From Candidatus Mediterraneibacter faecigallinarum (GTDB taxonomy: Bacteria; Bacillota; Clostridia; Lachnospirales; Lachnospiraceae), in contig DWWK01000094.1 in assembly GCA_019119735.1 (NCBI GenBank), positions 22,807-86,806 on the forward strand: 64,000 nucleotides of DNA, read 5' to 3'. Positions 26,778 to 36,872 of the stretch are shown piece by piece. The translations under genes and the position numbers were made by a program. Under the pieces are notes generated by a model that saw only the letters and a list, made by a program, of their open reading frames with translations, had not been told where the DNA came from and made no database searches. Each line of letters begins with the position of its first letter. Position 1 is the stretch's first letter.

Positions 26778-28061
26778 CTATCTGTCTGCCAATTCCTTTG
26801 TGATATCCTCCCATGTCACGCCCCGCTCTACCATGAGCACCATTGCGTGATACAGGAAATCGCAGATCTCATATTTCACTTCCTCCGGATTCGGATTCTT
26901 CGCCGCGATCACGATCTCCGTCGCCTCCTCGCCGACCTTTTTCAGGATCTTATCGATTCCCTTCTCAAAGAGATAGTTTGTATAAGAGCCTTCCTTGGGG
27001 TGCACCTTCCGGTCAAGGATCGTATTGTATACCTCGTCGAAAACCTGGAGGGGATTCTTGCTGTCATAGTCCGATCCCACGATTGTCGTATAGAAGCAGG
27101 AACGGTTCCCGGTATGGCAGGCGGCTCCCACCTGCTCCACCTTTGCCAGGAGCGTGTCCTTATCACAGTCCACCGAGAGAGACTTCACATACTGGAAATG
27201 CCCTGATGTCTCACCTTTCACCCACTGGCACTGACGGCTCCTGCTGAAGTAGGTCATCCGGCCTGTCTTCACTGTATGGTCGAAAGCCTCTTCATTCATA
27301 TATGCCATCATCAGCACTTCATTTGTCTTATAATCCTGCACGATCACCGGGATCAGCCCGTCCGAATTTAACTTGAACCCACCGAAGTCCATCATACTCT
27401 CGAATGACGTCATCTGGATCCCGTTCTTCTCGCAGATATCCTTGAATGCATTAAAATCCATATCTGTCCTGCTCACGAACATGCCGGAAACGCCCTTTAC
27501 ACCGTCGCATTTGAGGATCCTGAGGATCTCACTCTCTTCCAGCGTGTCTGTCAGGACCACGCATGGAATCTCCGTCACGTTCATGACAGAATTTAGATCC
27601 AGCCGGTGCATGAATACGATCTCTGTGCTGTACTTCTCGATCAGATGCTGCTGCTTGAACAGCGCGTCGAAATCATTCAGTGATACCGCAATGCGCTCTT
27701 TTCCGAAACGCTGAGACACCTCCCGGATCAGATCGATGGACAGCGGTTTTGAAAAATTCAATATGGCCCGCTTCGCTCCCGCATACAGGATCTTCTTGAC
27801 ATCCTCTGTCCTCCGTATATTTCCGCCCGCGATCATCGGGATGCTGATGAGCCGGTTCATCCTTTTGATCAGGTCGATGGCTTCATCGTGCTCTTCGTCA
27901 GAATCCGAGAGATCGAATACGATCAGTTCGTCCGCCCCTCTCTCGCTGTACTGTTTTGCCAGGCCGATCACATCGTCTGAGAGCACGTCCCTGTCATCGA
28001 ACCATTTTACTGCCTTCCCGCCCCTGATAAAGATACAGGGGGTTAATCTTTTATAACTCAT
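26778..28061 (-). CDS. hisIE: HisIE (PR-AMP cyclohydrolase / PR-ATP pyrophosphatase) fused to an N-terminal degenerate HisA/HisF-like barrel
   Basis: 427-aa ORF. Residues ~230-330 are HisI-like (GETSGHFQ...CDKDTLL...CHTGNRSCF) and residues ~340-427 are HisE-like. Residues 1-225 align by eye to HisF (KRLTPC..., [19 protein letters not shown]). Confidence 0.85.
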   Translation of the reverse strand: MSYKRLTPCIFIRGGKAVKWFDDRDVLSDDVIGLAKQYSERGADELIVFDLSDSDEEHDEAIDLIKRMNRLISIPMIAGGNIRRTEDVKKILYAGAKRAILNFSKPLSIDLIREVSQRFGKERIAVSLNDFDALFKQQHLIEKYSTEIVFMHRLDLNSVMNVTEIPCVVLTDTLEESEILRILKCDGVKGVSGMFVSRTDMDFNAFKDICEKNGIQMTSFESMMDFGGFKLNSDGLIPVIVQDYKTNEVLMMAYMNEEAFDHTVKTGRMTYFSRSRQCQWVKGETSGHFQYVKSLSVDCDKDTLLAKVEQVGAACHTGNRSCFYTTIVGSDYDSKNPLQVFDEVYNTILDRKVHPKEGSYTNYLFEKGIDKILKKVGEEATEIVIAAKNPNPEEVKYEICDFLYHAMVLMVERGVTWEDITKELADR

Positions 28062-28074
28062 GTATTTTCTCCTT

Positions 28075-28665
28075 CTATAAACTCCCTTTTGTAGACCATA
28101 CTTCCTTCATCCGAGGCTCCTCTGACACTGCCATATCGAGCGCCTTTCCGAAAGCCTTGAACAGCGCCTCCGCCATATGATGGTTGTTGCCGCCGTCCAG
28201 GATCTTAAGGTGCAGGTTCATCGCCGCGCTGTAGGACACAGCATAGAAAAATTCTTTCACCATCTCTGTATCCATGCCGCCCAGCCGGGGCGCCGTAAAC
28301 TCTGCCTGAAAATTCAGATACGGTCTTCCTGAGAGATCCACAGCGCCCAGCGCCAGCGTCTCATCCATCGGCAGGATGAAATAGCCGTACCGTCTGATGC
28401 CGGCCTTGTCTCCGAGAGCCCGGGCGATCGCCGTACCGAGCACGATCCCGGTATCCTCGATCGTGTGATGGCAGTCTACCTCGAGATCCCCCTTCACAGC
28501 CACCTCAAGGTCAAAAAGCCCGTGGCGCGCGAATCCATCCAGCATATGGTCAAAAAACGGGATCCCCGTATCAATCCGGTTCTTCCCCTGTCCGTCCAGA
28601 TTGATCGAAAGTGTGATCTCGGTCTCTTTCGTCTTTCTTGTACAGCTCCCGATGCGTTCCTTCAT
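28075..28665 (-). CDS. hisB: Imidazoleglycerol-phosphate dehydratase
   Basis: 196-aa ORF with the [17 protein letters not shown] and GNNHHMAEA motifs. Confidence 0.95.
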   Translation of the reverse strand: MKERIGSCTRKTKETEITLSINLDGQGKNRIDTGIPFFDHMLDGFARHGLFDLEVAVKGDLEVDCHHTIEDTGIVLGTAIARALGDKAGIRRYGYFILPMDETLALGAVDLSGRPYLNFQAEFTAPRLGGMDTEMVKEFFYAVSYSAAMNLHLKILDGGNNHHMAEALFKAFGKALDMAVSEEPRMKEVWSTKGSL

Positions 28666-28724
28666 CTGCCCTTCCTCCGTTTCCTGTATTTTCTCTTAAA
28701 ATCTTCTTCTCATTTTCCAGCCGT

Positions 28725-30038
28725 TTATCTGCTCTCCCGGGTGCCCTTACCGTCAAATCGCACCCTGATCGAGTTTGCATGTGCCGTCAGATGCTCTGCC
28801 TCTGCAAATGTCTCGATATCTGTATGGATCTTCTCCAGCGCGCTCTTTGAATAAGAGATGATGCTGGACTTCTTGATGAAATCATCCACCGACAGCGGCG
28901 AGAAGAATTTCGCCGTACCGTTTGTCGGAAGGACATGGTTCGGACCTGCAAAATAATCGCCCAGAGGCTCGCTGGAATACTCACCGATGAAGATCGCCCC
29001 TGCATTCCTGATCTTTGTCATGACGTCAAAGGGATTTGCTGTCATGATCTCCAGGTGCTCCGATGCGATCTCATTCGCCGCATCAATGGCGTCCTCCAGC
29101 GTCTCTGCGACAAGGATGTGCCCGTAGTTGTCCAGAGACTTCTGTATGATCTCTCCCCTGGAGAGTTCTTTAATAAATGCGTCTGTCTGCGCAGACACCT
29201 TCTCCGCCAGCTCCATGCTGGTGGTGACAAGGATCGCGCTCGCCAGCTCGTCATGCTCTGCCTGGGACAGAAGATCCGCCGCCACATACCGTGGATCTGC
29301 CGTCTCATCCGCAAGGACAAGGATCTCGCTCGGACCGGCGATCGAGTCGATGCTGACATGTCCGTACACCGCCTTCTTCGCCAGTGCCACATAGATATTG
29401 CCCGGCCCTACGATCTTATCCACTTTCGGGATGCTCTCCGTCCCGTAAGCAAGCGCTCCGATCGCCTGGGCTCCTCCTGCCTTGTAGATCCTGTCCGCGC
29501 CGGCCTCCTTCGCCGCGACCAGCGTAGTCGCCGTCACCTTTCCATCCTTTCCGGGAGGCGTAGTCATGATGATCTCGTCCACGCCTGCCACCTTGGCAGG
29601 AAGGATATTCATGAGAACAGAGGAAGGATACGCTGCCTTCCCGCCCGGCACATAGACGCCGACTCTTTGGAGAGCCGTCACCTTCTGGCCCAGGATCGTT
29701 CCGTCCGGCCGGCTGTCAAACCAGCTGTACTGCATCTGTTTTGCATGGTAGGATTCGATATTTTTGAGCGCTCTTCGGATAACCCCGAGCAGTTCCTCTC
29801 CAACCTCACGGTATGCCTCCTCGATCTCCTCCTCTGTTACGAGGATCGTAGAAGCGTCCAGCCGCACACCGTCGAACTTCTCTGTATAGTCGAATAGCGC
29901 TTCATCCCTTCTCTCCCTGACCGCATCAAGGATCTCCCTGACACTCTGTTCGTATTTTCCGTAGCTGTTAGGGCTGCGCTTCAGCAGATCCTCCAGCAGG
30001 TTCTTTTTCGTACTGTCGTCCAGTTTCTCTATCCGCAT
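28725..30038 (-). CDS. hisD: Histidinol dehydrogenase
   Basis: 437-aa ORF with the GPGNIYV and SQAEHD motifs. Confidence 0.95.
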   Translation of the reverse strand: MRIEKLDDSTKKNLLEDLLKRSPNSYGKYEQSVREILDAVRERRDEALFDYTEKFDGVRLDASTILVTEEEIEEAYREVGEELLGVIRRALKNIESYHAKQMQYSWFDSRPDGTILGQKVTALQRVGVYVPGGKAAYPSSVLMNILPAKVAGVDEIIMTTPPGKDGKVTATTLVAAKEAGADRIYKAGGAQAIGALAYGTESIPKVDKIVGPGNIYVALAKKAVYGHVSIDSIAGPSEILVLADETADPRYVAADLLSQAEHDELASAILVTTSMELAEKVSAQTDAFIKELSRGEIIQKSLDNYGHILVAETLEDAIDAANEIASEHLEIMTANPFDVMTKIRNAGAIFIGEYSSEPLGDYFAGPNHVLPTNGTAKFFSPLSVDDFIKKSSIISYSKSALEKIHTDIETFAEAEHLTAHANSIRVRFDGKGTRESR

Positions 30039-30042
30039 TTTC

Positions 30043-30687
30043 CTATCCCTCCCTAAGCAGGCTTCTCAGATCATTGATCAGCGCTCTGATCCTCTCGTTC
30101 TCCATCCTCATGCTGACCGGGTTCACGATCATGCGCGCGGAGAGCGGGCAGACTTCTTCGAGCACTACCAGTCCGTTCTCTTTCAGCGTGGAGCCTGTCT
30201 CCACGATATCCACGATGACCTCAGAGAGTCCCACGATCGGAGCAAGCTCGATGGAGCCGTGCATCTTGATGATCTCGACTGTCTGATGCTTTTTATTATA
30301 AAAATAATCCTTTGCGATATTCGGATACTTTGTCGCCACACGGATGAGCTCATGGTGCTTCAGAAGCTCCGCCGCGTCCTCATAGCCGCACACGCACATC
30401 CTGCACTTTCCGAATCCCAGGTCCAGCACCTCGTGCACCTTCCTGCCTTCTTCAATGATCGTATCCTTCCCGACAACGCCGATGTCCGCGGCGCCGTACT
30501 CCACATAGGTTGGCACATCCGGCCCTTTGGCAAGGAAAAACTTCAGCTTCAGCTCCTCATTGACAAAGATCAGCTTTCTCGAGTTCTTGTCCTTCATTTC
30601 TTCACAGGTGATCCCCAGCTTTTCCAGCATCTCAAGTGTCTTGTTCGCAAGCCGCCCTTTCGTGAGGGCAAATGTCAAATATCTCAT
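30043..30687 (-). CDS. hisG: ATP phosphoribosyltransferase, short form
   Basis: ORF track 30043..30720, with the start moved to ATG 30687 (MRYLTFALTKGRL; AGGAG upstream). The ~214-aa short HisG type requires HisZ. Confidence 0.92.
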   Translation of the reverse strand: MRYLTFALTKGRLANKTLEMLEKLGITCEEMKDKNSRKLIFVNEELKLKFFLAKGPDVPTYVEYGAADIGVVGKDTIIEEGRKVHEVLDLGFGKCRMCVCGYEDAAELLKHHELIRVATKYPNIAKDYFYNKKHQTVEIIKMHGSIELAPIVGLSEVIVDIVETGSTLKENGLVVLEEVCPLSARMIVNPVSMRMENERIRALINDLRSLLREG

Positions 30688-30700
30688 AACTCCTGCTCCT

Positions 30701-31951
30701 TTATCTGTGCTTTCTGGCATCTGCTGTCTTCACCTCACCTGTGCGCAGATTTACCATCTCGATCTTCATGTCGTCTCTCAGATACAATATACTTGCAATG
30801 GATGACCGTTTTCCATAAGCCTCATATACTTCTCTCTCTTCCTCCGGCTCCCGCTTTATCATCTCGATATTCTTCCCCTTGGAACGGAAGGTCCCTGCCA
30901 GGGAGATCGCCCATTTCTCTGTCGCTTCCGTGTAGACAAGAAGATTCCGCTTTCCTGTCTGGACTGCGATCTTCTGCCTGTTCAGCGCGCTCATCAGCTC
31001 GTCGACGATAATTGCAAAACCGATGGACGGGGTGTTCTTTCCGAACTTTTCCAGGAGATGATCGTACCGGCCGCCTCTGACGACCGCATCTCCGGTGCCG
31101 TATGTATATGCGCGGAAAATGATCCCTGTATAGTATCCGTAGCTCCCCATCATACTCAGGTCAAACGTGATGTGGTCTTCCGCCTTGTACAGCTTCAGCA
31201 GCTTATAGATCTGCTGCAGTCTCGTGATCGCAAGTCTCGCGTTCACATTCGGCGCGATCCGCGCGGCATCCTCCAGGATCTCCGGTCCGCCGATCAGCTC
31301 CGGCAGGATGTGGAACGCCTCTTTCACACTGCCCTTCACAGCGCGGTTGTCCAGGATCTCCTCCACGCCGAAATAATTCCTGTTGGCGATCAGAGTCCGG
31401 ATCTCTTCTCTCTCTTCCTCCTCAAGACCTGTCGCCTCGAGCAGGCTCTGGCTGAAATCCACGTGCCCGATGTTGATCTGGAACTCTTTCAGCCCAGTCT
31501 TCTTCAGCCCGTCCACGACCATGGCCAGCATCTCCGCATCCGCCTCGATGGAATCCAGGCCGATCAGCTCTGCTCCAAGCTGAGTGTTTTCCTTCAGGCG
31601 GCCCTGATAGCTTGTATGGTTGATGAATGTATTTCCCACATAGCAGAGCCTGATGGGGAAATCCTCCGACTCAAAAAGGGTCGCTGCAGCCCTCGCCACA
31701 GAAGGCGTGATATCCGGACGCAGCGCAAGGATATTCCCGTCCCTGTCAAAAAAACGATACAGCTCCTGTGTCGATGTGGAGCCGATCTCCTTGCGGAATA
31801 CATCATCGTATTCGAATGTCGGCGTCTGTATATCCTGATAGCCGTACAGATGGAGCACCGTGCTCAGTGTCTTCTGTAAAGCAAGTTTTGTCTCGCATTC
31901 TTTATTGTAGATATCCCGGACTCCCTCCGGAGTGTGCAGTTTCTGTTCCAT
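30701..31951 (-). CDS. hisZ: ATP phosphoribosyltransferase regulatory subunit HisZ (HisRS paralogue)
   Basis: 416-aa ORF with a class II aaRS-like core (PEGVRDI, YRFFDRDGNILALRPDITP), located directly upstream of short-form hisG. Confidence 0.9.
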   Translation of the reverse strand: MEQKLHTPEGVRDIYNKECETKLALQKTLSTVLHLYGYQDIQTPTFEYDDVFRKEIGSTSTQELYRFFDRDGNILALRPDITPSVARAAATLFESEDFPIRLCYVGNTFINHTSYQGRLKENTQLGAELIGLDSIEADAEMLAMVVDGLKKTGLKEFQINIGHVDFSQSLLEATGLEEEEREEIRTLIANRNYFGVEEILDNRAVKGSVKEAFHILPELIGGPEILEDAARIAPNVNARLAITRLQQIYKLLKLYKAEDHITFDLSMMGSYGYYTGIIFRAYTYGTGDAVVRGGRYDHLLEKFGKNTPSIGFAIIVDELMSALNRQKIAVQTGKRNLLVYTEATEKWAISLAGTFRSKGKNIEMIKREPEEEREVYEAYGKRSSIASILYLRDDMKIEMVNLRTGEVKTADARKHR

Positions 31952-32025
31952 ATGCAGTCCCCTTTCACTTTATCGTGCTAACACGCTAAAACCTTTTGTC
32001 ATTATACGAACTTTCTTTCACTCTG

Positions 32026-32559
32026 TCAATCCCTGCAGTCCAAATCCTTCTGGATGAAGTCCAGATAAGGGACAAAACATCCGTTCTTCAGCTCCATGAA
32101 CCAGCCCGGCTCCAGCTCTTCCAGACGGAAGCTCTTCCTTCCGCCCTGCGCTGCCCTGTCCCAGAATTTTTTTATCTGCTCGTACCGCATATAGTAAAGC
32201 TCGTCTCTTGTGCTGTAGTAGATCAGCAGGAAGGAAATACCGCCCTGCTTCTCGAATTTCCCCATAAATTCCATCTGATGCTCGTGTACATTCTGCAGCG
32301 GAAATGTATCCGCGCTGCACTCCTTGGCGTCAAAACAGACCGGTATGCCCTGCACGGCGCCGATATAATCCACCGTGCTTATCTTGTCGAAATAGGCCAG
32401 CGTGATATGTCTGTGCTCCTTGTCGATCCGCACCGGAGTGATCGGCGTCGGTATCTTCTGGATCAGCGCCAGGCCCATTTCCCCGTAGCGCTCGTTCGTG
32501 CGGTTGACCAGCTCCTCCAGGGTGGATCCCCTGAGTCCTCTTGAATTCCATGTCGCCAT
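32026..32559 (-). CDS. recU: Holliday junction resolvase RecU
   Basis: 177-aa ORF with the GLALIQKIPTP...VDYIG...FDAKE RecU pattern. Confidence 0.9.
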   Translation of the reverse strand: MATWNSRGLRGSTLEELVNRTNERYGEMGLALIQKIPTPITPVRIDKEHRHITLAYFDKISTVDYIGAVQGIPVCFDAKECSADTFPLQNVHEHQMEFMGKFEKQGGISFLLIYYSTRDELYYMRYEQIKKFWDRAAQGGRKSFRLEELEPGWFMELKNGCFVPYLDFIQKDLDCRD

Positions 32560-32560
32560 C

Positions 32561-33532
32561 TCACATCACCCCGCGCTCTCTGCAGATCTTCTCAAACAAT
32601 GCCGGCACAGGCGCCTCGATCTCCCTGCCCGAGAGATAAGAGAGGGTTCCCTCACATTCCGGAAAGCACAGCCTGCGTGCATGCAGGAGCTGGGAGGTAA
32701 GCCCGTATTCCTTCCGAAAGCGGTCATTCACCACGCGGGAACCATATTTATAATCCCCGATAATCGGATGCCCCTCCGACGCAAGATGGGCGCGGATCTG
32801 ATGGGTCTTTCCCGTGATCAGATGGACCTCGAGCAGAGTGACTCCGTCCCCGCTCCTGACCGGGCGGTACTCCGTCTCGATGGGAACTCCGCCATCGTCC
32901 GGGGCACAGTGCACTGTCACCTTGTTCGTTTTCTCATCCTTCGACAGCCATCCGCTGATCCTCCGCTTTTCTGTGACTGTCCCCTTCACGAGGCAGAGGT
33001 AATATTTTCGGAGCGTCCGTTCCCGGAACATCCCGCTCAGCTCCTGCAGCGCTGCCAGCGTCTTCCCCGCAGCGACGATACCGCTCGTATTCCGGTCGAG
33101 CCGGTTGCATACGGATGGACGGAAGGCTGCAAGCCCGTCTGTGGTGATCTGCCCTGTCTTCAAAAGATAGGCGATCAGATGCTCTACAAGGGAGACGTCC
33201 TTTTGCTCCGCCTTCTGCGAGAGCATTCCGGCCGGCTTGTTTATAAAGATTGTATGCTTATCCTCGTATAATATGTCCAGTTCGGCTCCTGCATTCCCGG
33301 CGTAATCCTGCTGCTCCGTGAACTTTCCGATGGTCTCGTCGGAGAGGAACAGCTTCACTGTATCTCCCTTTTCAAGCTGTTCGTTTCCCTGCGCCTTTTT
33401 CCCGTTCAGCGTGATATTCTTCTTGCGCATCATCTTATAGAGAAAGCTTTTCGGCGCGCGGTTCATATATTTTAAGAGGAATTTGTCCAGGCGCTGCCCG
33501 GATTCATTTTCCCCGATCCTGATCTCTTTCAT
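32561..33532 (-). CDS. RluA-family pseudouridine synthase
   Basis: 323-aa ORF with an S4-like N-terminus, catalytic motif NRLDRNTSG and the C-terminal HQIRAHL motif. Confidence 0.9.
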   Translation of the reverse strand: MKEIRIGENESGQRLDKFLLKYMNRAPKSFLYKMMRKKNITLNGKKAQGNEQLEKGDTVKLFLSDETIGKFTEQQDYAGNAGAELDILYEDKHTIFINKPAGMLSQKAEQKDVSLVEHLIAYLLKTGQITTDGLAAFRPSVCNRLDRNTSGIVAAGKTLAALQELSGMFRERTLRKYYLCLVKGTVTEKRRISGWLSKDEKTNKVTVHCAPDDGGVPIETEYRPVRSGDGVTLLEVHLITGKTHQIRAHLASEGHPIIGDYKYGSRVVNDRFRKEYGLTSQLLHARRLCFPECEGTLSYLSGREIEAPVPALFEKICRERGVM

Positions 33533-33547
33533 TTCATACTTCCTGTT

Positions 33548-34126
33548 CTATAATGAGATATTAAGGATAACACTGCGGATCGCTTCCTCCCGCTCCTTTG
33601 AATCCTCCCGCTCGACGGCGGCGATATTGTCAAGCCCTTCTGCACGGGCGATGAATGCCTTGTACTGGCTGAGCACCTTCACCGTAAGCCCGGTAAACCT
33701 GTTCTCCTCCAGGATTTTCTTGATGTGTTTTGACAGTTCCTCAGTATTGACCTTCTCTGAGTGCGTATATCCGAACACGTTATGTCCCGAAATCACAATA
33801 CAGTCGACCGGCATGATCTTCTCTGTACTCGTGATCACCATATCATAGCAGACCGTAAGGTGTGTCGTCTTAGAAGCCACATCTTCGGCCAGCTTTCTGT
33901 CAACGGATGAGTACGGCATCCTGGCGATCACACCAACCAGCGCCTTGGAAGCCGGAAGGCATCCTAGGACCGCCACGACCGTCAGCAGGTTCAGTCTTGT
34001 GTCCGTCTGAAAATATCCGAGAAAAAAGATGGCGGCCACGATGCCGAAATAGATGACCGTCCTTATGATCTCGACCTTTTTCTTGTAATCCAGGTATCCT
34101 GGAAGTCCTTTTTCTACTTTTTTCAT
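33548..34126 (-). CDS. Hypothetical membrane protein (two N-terminal TM helices and a ~110-aa soluble domain)
   Basis: 192-aa ORF, tightly packed between annotated genes on the same strand. No family recognised. Confidence 0.6.
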   Translation of the reverse strand: MKKVEKGLPGYLDYKKKVEIIRTVIYFGIVAAIFFLGYFQTDTRLNLLTVVAVLGCLPASKALVGVIARMPYSSVDRKLAEDVASKTTHLTVCYDMVITSTEKIMPVDCIVISGHNVFGYTHSEKVNTEELSKHIKKILEENRFTGLTVKVLSQYKAFIARAEGLDNIAAVEREDSKEREEAIRSVILNISL

Positions 34127-34185
34127 GATGTCCTTATCCTCTGTCGTTTTCTATCGCTGCTCCTCCCCGGACGTCCTTATCCGGA

Positions 34186-34953
34186 TCAGTGGGGCTGCAT
34201 CATTTTTAATATCAGGCTGTGAGGCACAAACTTCGCCCCCAGAAATGCCGCGCGCATAGAGAGTCCGAAGATCGACAGCGCCCTGCCGGCGCGGCTGTCC
34301 TTCAGAGCCTTATGCACCACGTCCTCTGCCTTTGCCAGCGTCAGCTTTTTCAGCGGATTCGTCAGCCCGCCGCTGACAGTGAAGAACTCTGTGTCCACCG
34401 GTCCGGGGCACACTGCCGTCACGCAGATCCCCTTCCCCCGCAGCTCTGCTCCCAGGCTCCTTGAAAAGCTGAGCACATAGGATTTCGTGGCGGCGTACAC
34501 CGAGAACTGCGGCTGCGGGCAGAATGCCGCTGCGGAGGCAAGATTGACGATGCGGCTGCCTCTGCTCATATAGGGCAGGCAGAGCAGCGTCATCTTTGTC
34601 AGCGCACGGCAGTTCAGATCTACCATGTCTGTCTGCGCGCGCATATCTTCTGCCGCGATGGACTCCACACTGCCGGATTTTCCAAAGCCGGCGGCATTGA
34701 CAAGCATGCGGATGTCCGGGCAGGTTTCCTTGAGCGCCGCAGACAGGTCTTTATATACCTGCTTCTTCATGAGGTTCCCGTCGAAGATCCTAAGCAGGAC
34801 TCTGCTCTTCTCTCTCAGCTCCTCCAGCCGCTCTCTCCGCCTTGCGATCACCCAGATCTCGTCAAGAGACCTGTAAAAATATCCGAGCTGACGGACAAAT
34901 TCTCTCCCGATCCCGGAGGAAGCTCCTGTCACCACTGCAATTTTCATACTCAT
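34186..34953 (-). CDS. SDR-family oxidoreductase
   Basis: ORF track 34186..35076, with the start moved to ATG 34953/34947 (MSMKIAVVTGASSGIGREF). TGxxxGxG and YAATK (YxxxK) motifs. Confidence 0.88.
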   Translation of the reverse strand: MSMKIAVVTGASSGIGREFVRQLGYFYRSLDEIWVIARRRERLEELREKSRVLLRIFDGNLMKKQVYKDLSAALKETCPDIRMLVNAAGFGKSGSVESIAAEDMRAQTDMVDLNCRALTKMTLLCLPYMSRGSRIVNLASAAAFCPQPQFSVYAATKSYVLSFSRSLGAELRGKGICVTAVCPGPVDTEFFTVSGGLTNPLKKLTLAKAEDVVHKALKDSRAGRALSIFGLSMRAAFLGAKFVPHSLILKMMQPH

Positions 34954-34957
34954 GCCC

Positions 34958-36871
34958 TCACTTCTTTTTGTGGATGTTCCGTATCGTCCTCTTCTTTTTC
35001 CCAGAGGATGCCCTGCCCTGTCCCTGCCTTTTCTGATGTGTGCCCCTGTTCGGGGATGTTTCTTTCTGTGCTCCATTCTTCGGACGGATCAGACATTTTG
35101 GTCCGTATCCGACCAGGTCCATCCTGCCGGCCTTCCGCAGTGCCTCCAGCACGAGATCGTAGAGCTTCGGGTTCCTGTACTGGATCAGCGCCCTCTGCAT
35201 TGCCTTCTCATGGGGATCCTTCGGCACATAGACCGGCTTCATCGTCCTTGGGTCAAGTCCGGTATAATACATACAGGTAGAGAGCGTGGACGGCGTCGGA
35301 TAAAAGTCCTGCACCTGCTCCGGCATATACCCGAGGTCGCGGCAGTACTCTGCCAGCTCCACGGCTTCTTTCAGCCCCGACCCCGGATGGGAGGACATCA
35401 GATAAGGGACGAGATACTGTTCCTTCCCCAGCCTCTCATTCATCCTGCTGAAACGGCGGCAGAACGCCTCGTATACTTTATGCTCCGGCTTTCCCATGAG
35501 AGTGAGCACCGGCGCGCTGACATGCTCCGGCGCCACCTTGAGCTGTCCGCTGACATGGTACTCGCAGAGCTCACGCAGAAAGTCCTGATTTTTATCCGCA
35601 AGGAGATAATCAAACCGTATTCCCGAGCGGATGAACACTTTCTTGACGCCCGGGATCGCTCTCAGCTTTTTGAGCAGGCTCACATAGTCGCTGTGGTCCG
35701 CATCCAGGTTCCTGCACGGCTCCGGGAAGAGGCACTGCCGGTTCCTGCACACCCCATGCTCCAGCTGCTTTCTGCAGGAGGGGTGGCGGAAGTTTGCCGT
35801 CGGTCCTCCCACATCGTGGATATATCCTTTGAAATCCTTCTCCCGGGTGATCTGCTCTGCCTCTTTCAGAAGAGAGTCGTGGCTCCGCACCTGAACGATC
35901 CTTCCCTGGTGGAAGGTCAGGGCGCAGAAGCTGCATCCCCCGAAACAGCCGCGGCTGCTCGTCAGACTGAACCGGATCTCAGCGATCGCCGGCACGCCGC
36001 CCGCCTCCTCATAGGACGGATGATAGGTCCTCATATAAGAAAGGCCGTAGACATCATCCATCTCTGTCTGGGTCAGCGGCTTCGCCGGCGGATTCTGCAC
36101 CACATAGAGATGCTCAGAGTATGGCTCCGCAAGCCTTTTCCCGTTGAACGCATCTGTATTCAGATACTGGGTATAAAAGCTTTCCGCGTATTTTTTCTTC
36201 TCTCTCCTGAGTTCATCAAAAGACGGCAGAAGCTCCGCATCATATACATCGTCTAGAGACTTCACCTTCACAGCCGTTCCGTCTATATAGGTGATCTGTT
36301 CCACCGGGATCCCTGCGTCCAGCGCCTCTGCAATCTCAACGATCGACCGCTCGCCCATCCCGTATGAGATGATATCAGCGCCCGAATCCAGGAGAACAGA
36401 CCTTCTGATCTGATCCGACCAGTAATCGTAGTGGGCAAGACGCCTCAAGCTCGCCTCGATCCCGCCCAGTATGACCGGCGTCTTCTTATAGGTCTGCCGG
36501 ATCAGATTGCCGTAAACAGTACAGGCGCGGTCCGGTCTCTTCCCCATCACTCCGCCGGGCGTATATGCATCACTTTTCCGCTTTTTCCTGGAGACAGAAT
36601 AGTGATTGACCATCGAATCCATATTTCCCGCCGACACGAGAAACGCAAGCCTCGGTTCCCCGAAGATGCTGATGCTGTCCGGATCCCTCCAGTCAGGCTG
36701 TGAGATGATCCCCACCCGGTAGCCCTTTGATTCCAGGACACGGCTTATGACTGCATGTCCGAAGGACGGATGATCCACATAAGCGTCCCCGATGACATAG
36801 ACGAAATCCAGCTGATCCCATCCGCGCTCTTCCATATCTTTTCTGCATACCGGCAAAAATTTCTGTTCCAT
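34958..36871 (-). CDS. ygiQ: YgiQ-family radical SAM protein (UPF0313)
   Basis: ORF track 34958..37051, with the start moved to ATG 36871 (MEQKFLPV), adjacent to the upstream stop. CFGGCSFC radical SAM motif and a lysine/arginine-rich C-terminal tail. Confidence 0.85.
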   Translation of the reverse strand: MEQKFLPVCRKDMEERGWDQLDFVYVIGDAYVDHPSFGHAVISRVLESKGYRVGIISQPDWRDPDSISIFGEPRLAFLVSAGNMDSMVNHYSVSRKKRKSDAYTPGGVMGKRPDRACTVYGNLIRQTYKKTPVILGGIEASLRRLAHYDYWSDQIRRSVLLDSGADIISYGMGERSIVEIAEALDAGIPVEQITYIDGTAVKVKSLDDVYDAELLPSFDELRREKKKYAESFYTQYLNTDAFNGKRLAEPYSEHLYVVQNPPAKPLTQTEMDDVYGLSYMRTYHPSYEEAGGVPAIAEIRFSLTSSRGCFGGCSFCALTFHQGRIVQVRSHDSLLKEAEQITREKDFKGYIHDVGGPTANFRHPSCRKQLEHGVCRNRQCLFPEPCRNLDADHSDYVSLLKKLRAIPGVKKVFIRSGIRFDYLLADKNQDFLRELCEYHVSGQLKVAPEHVSAPVLTLMGKPEHKVYEAFCRRFSRMNERLGKEQYLVPYLMSSHPGSGLKEAVELAEYCRDLGYMPEQVQDFYPTPSTLSTCMYYTGLDPRTMKPVYVPKDPHEKAMQRALIQYRNPKLYDLVLEALRKAGRMDLVGYGPKCLIRPKNGAQKETSPNRGTHQKRQGQGRASSGKKKRTIRNIHKKK

Positions 36872-36872
36872 T

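Noticed and set aside
34952-36256. Very long ORFs antisense to real genes. Examples are 434 aa opposite ygiQ, 424 aa at 54713..55987 opposite the U32 gene, 345 aa at 56547..57584 opposite ruvB, 332 aa opposite yloV and 300 aa opposite the radical SAM gene.
   Set aside because: For the three I checked (those opposite ygiQ, ruvB and the U32 gene), the ORF lies in the codon-aligned antisense frame of a well-supported gene (start coordinates verified modulo 3). That frame stays open whenever the sense gene avoids TTA, CTA and TCA codons. The products are low-complexity and Arg/Pro/His-rich and lack Shine-Dalgarno sequences. They are a codon-usage artefact, not overlapping genes.
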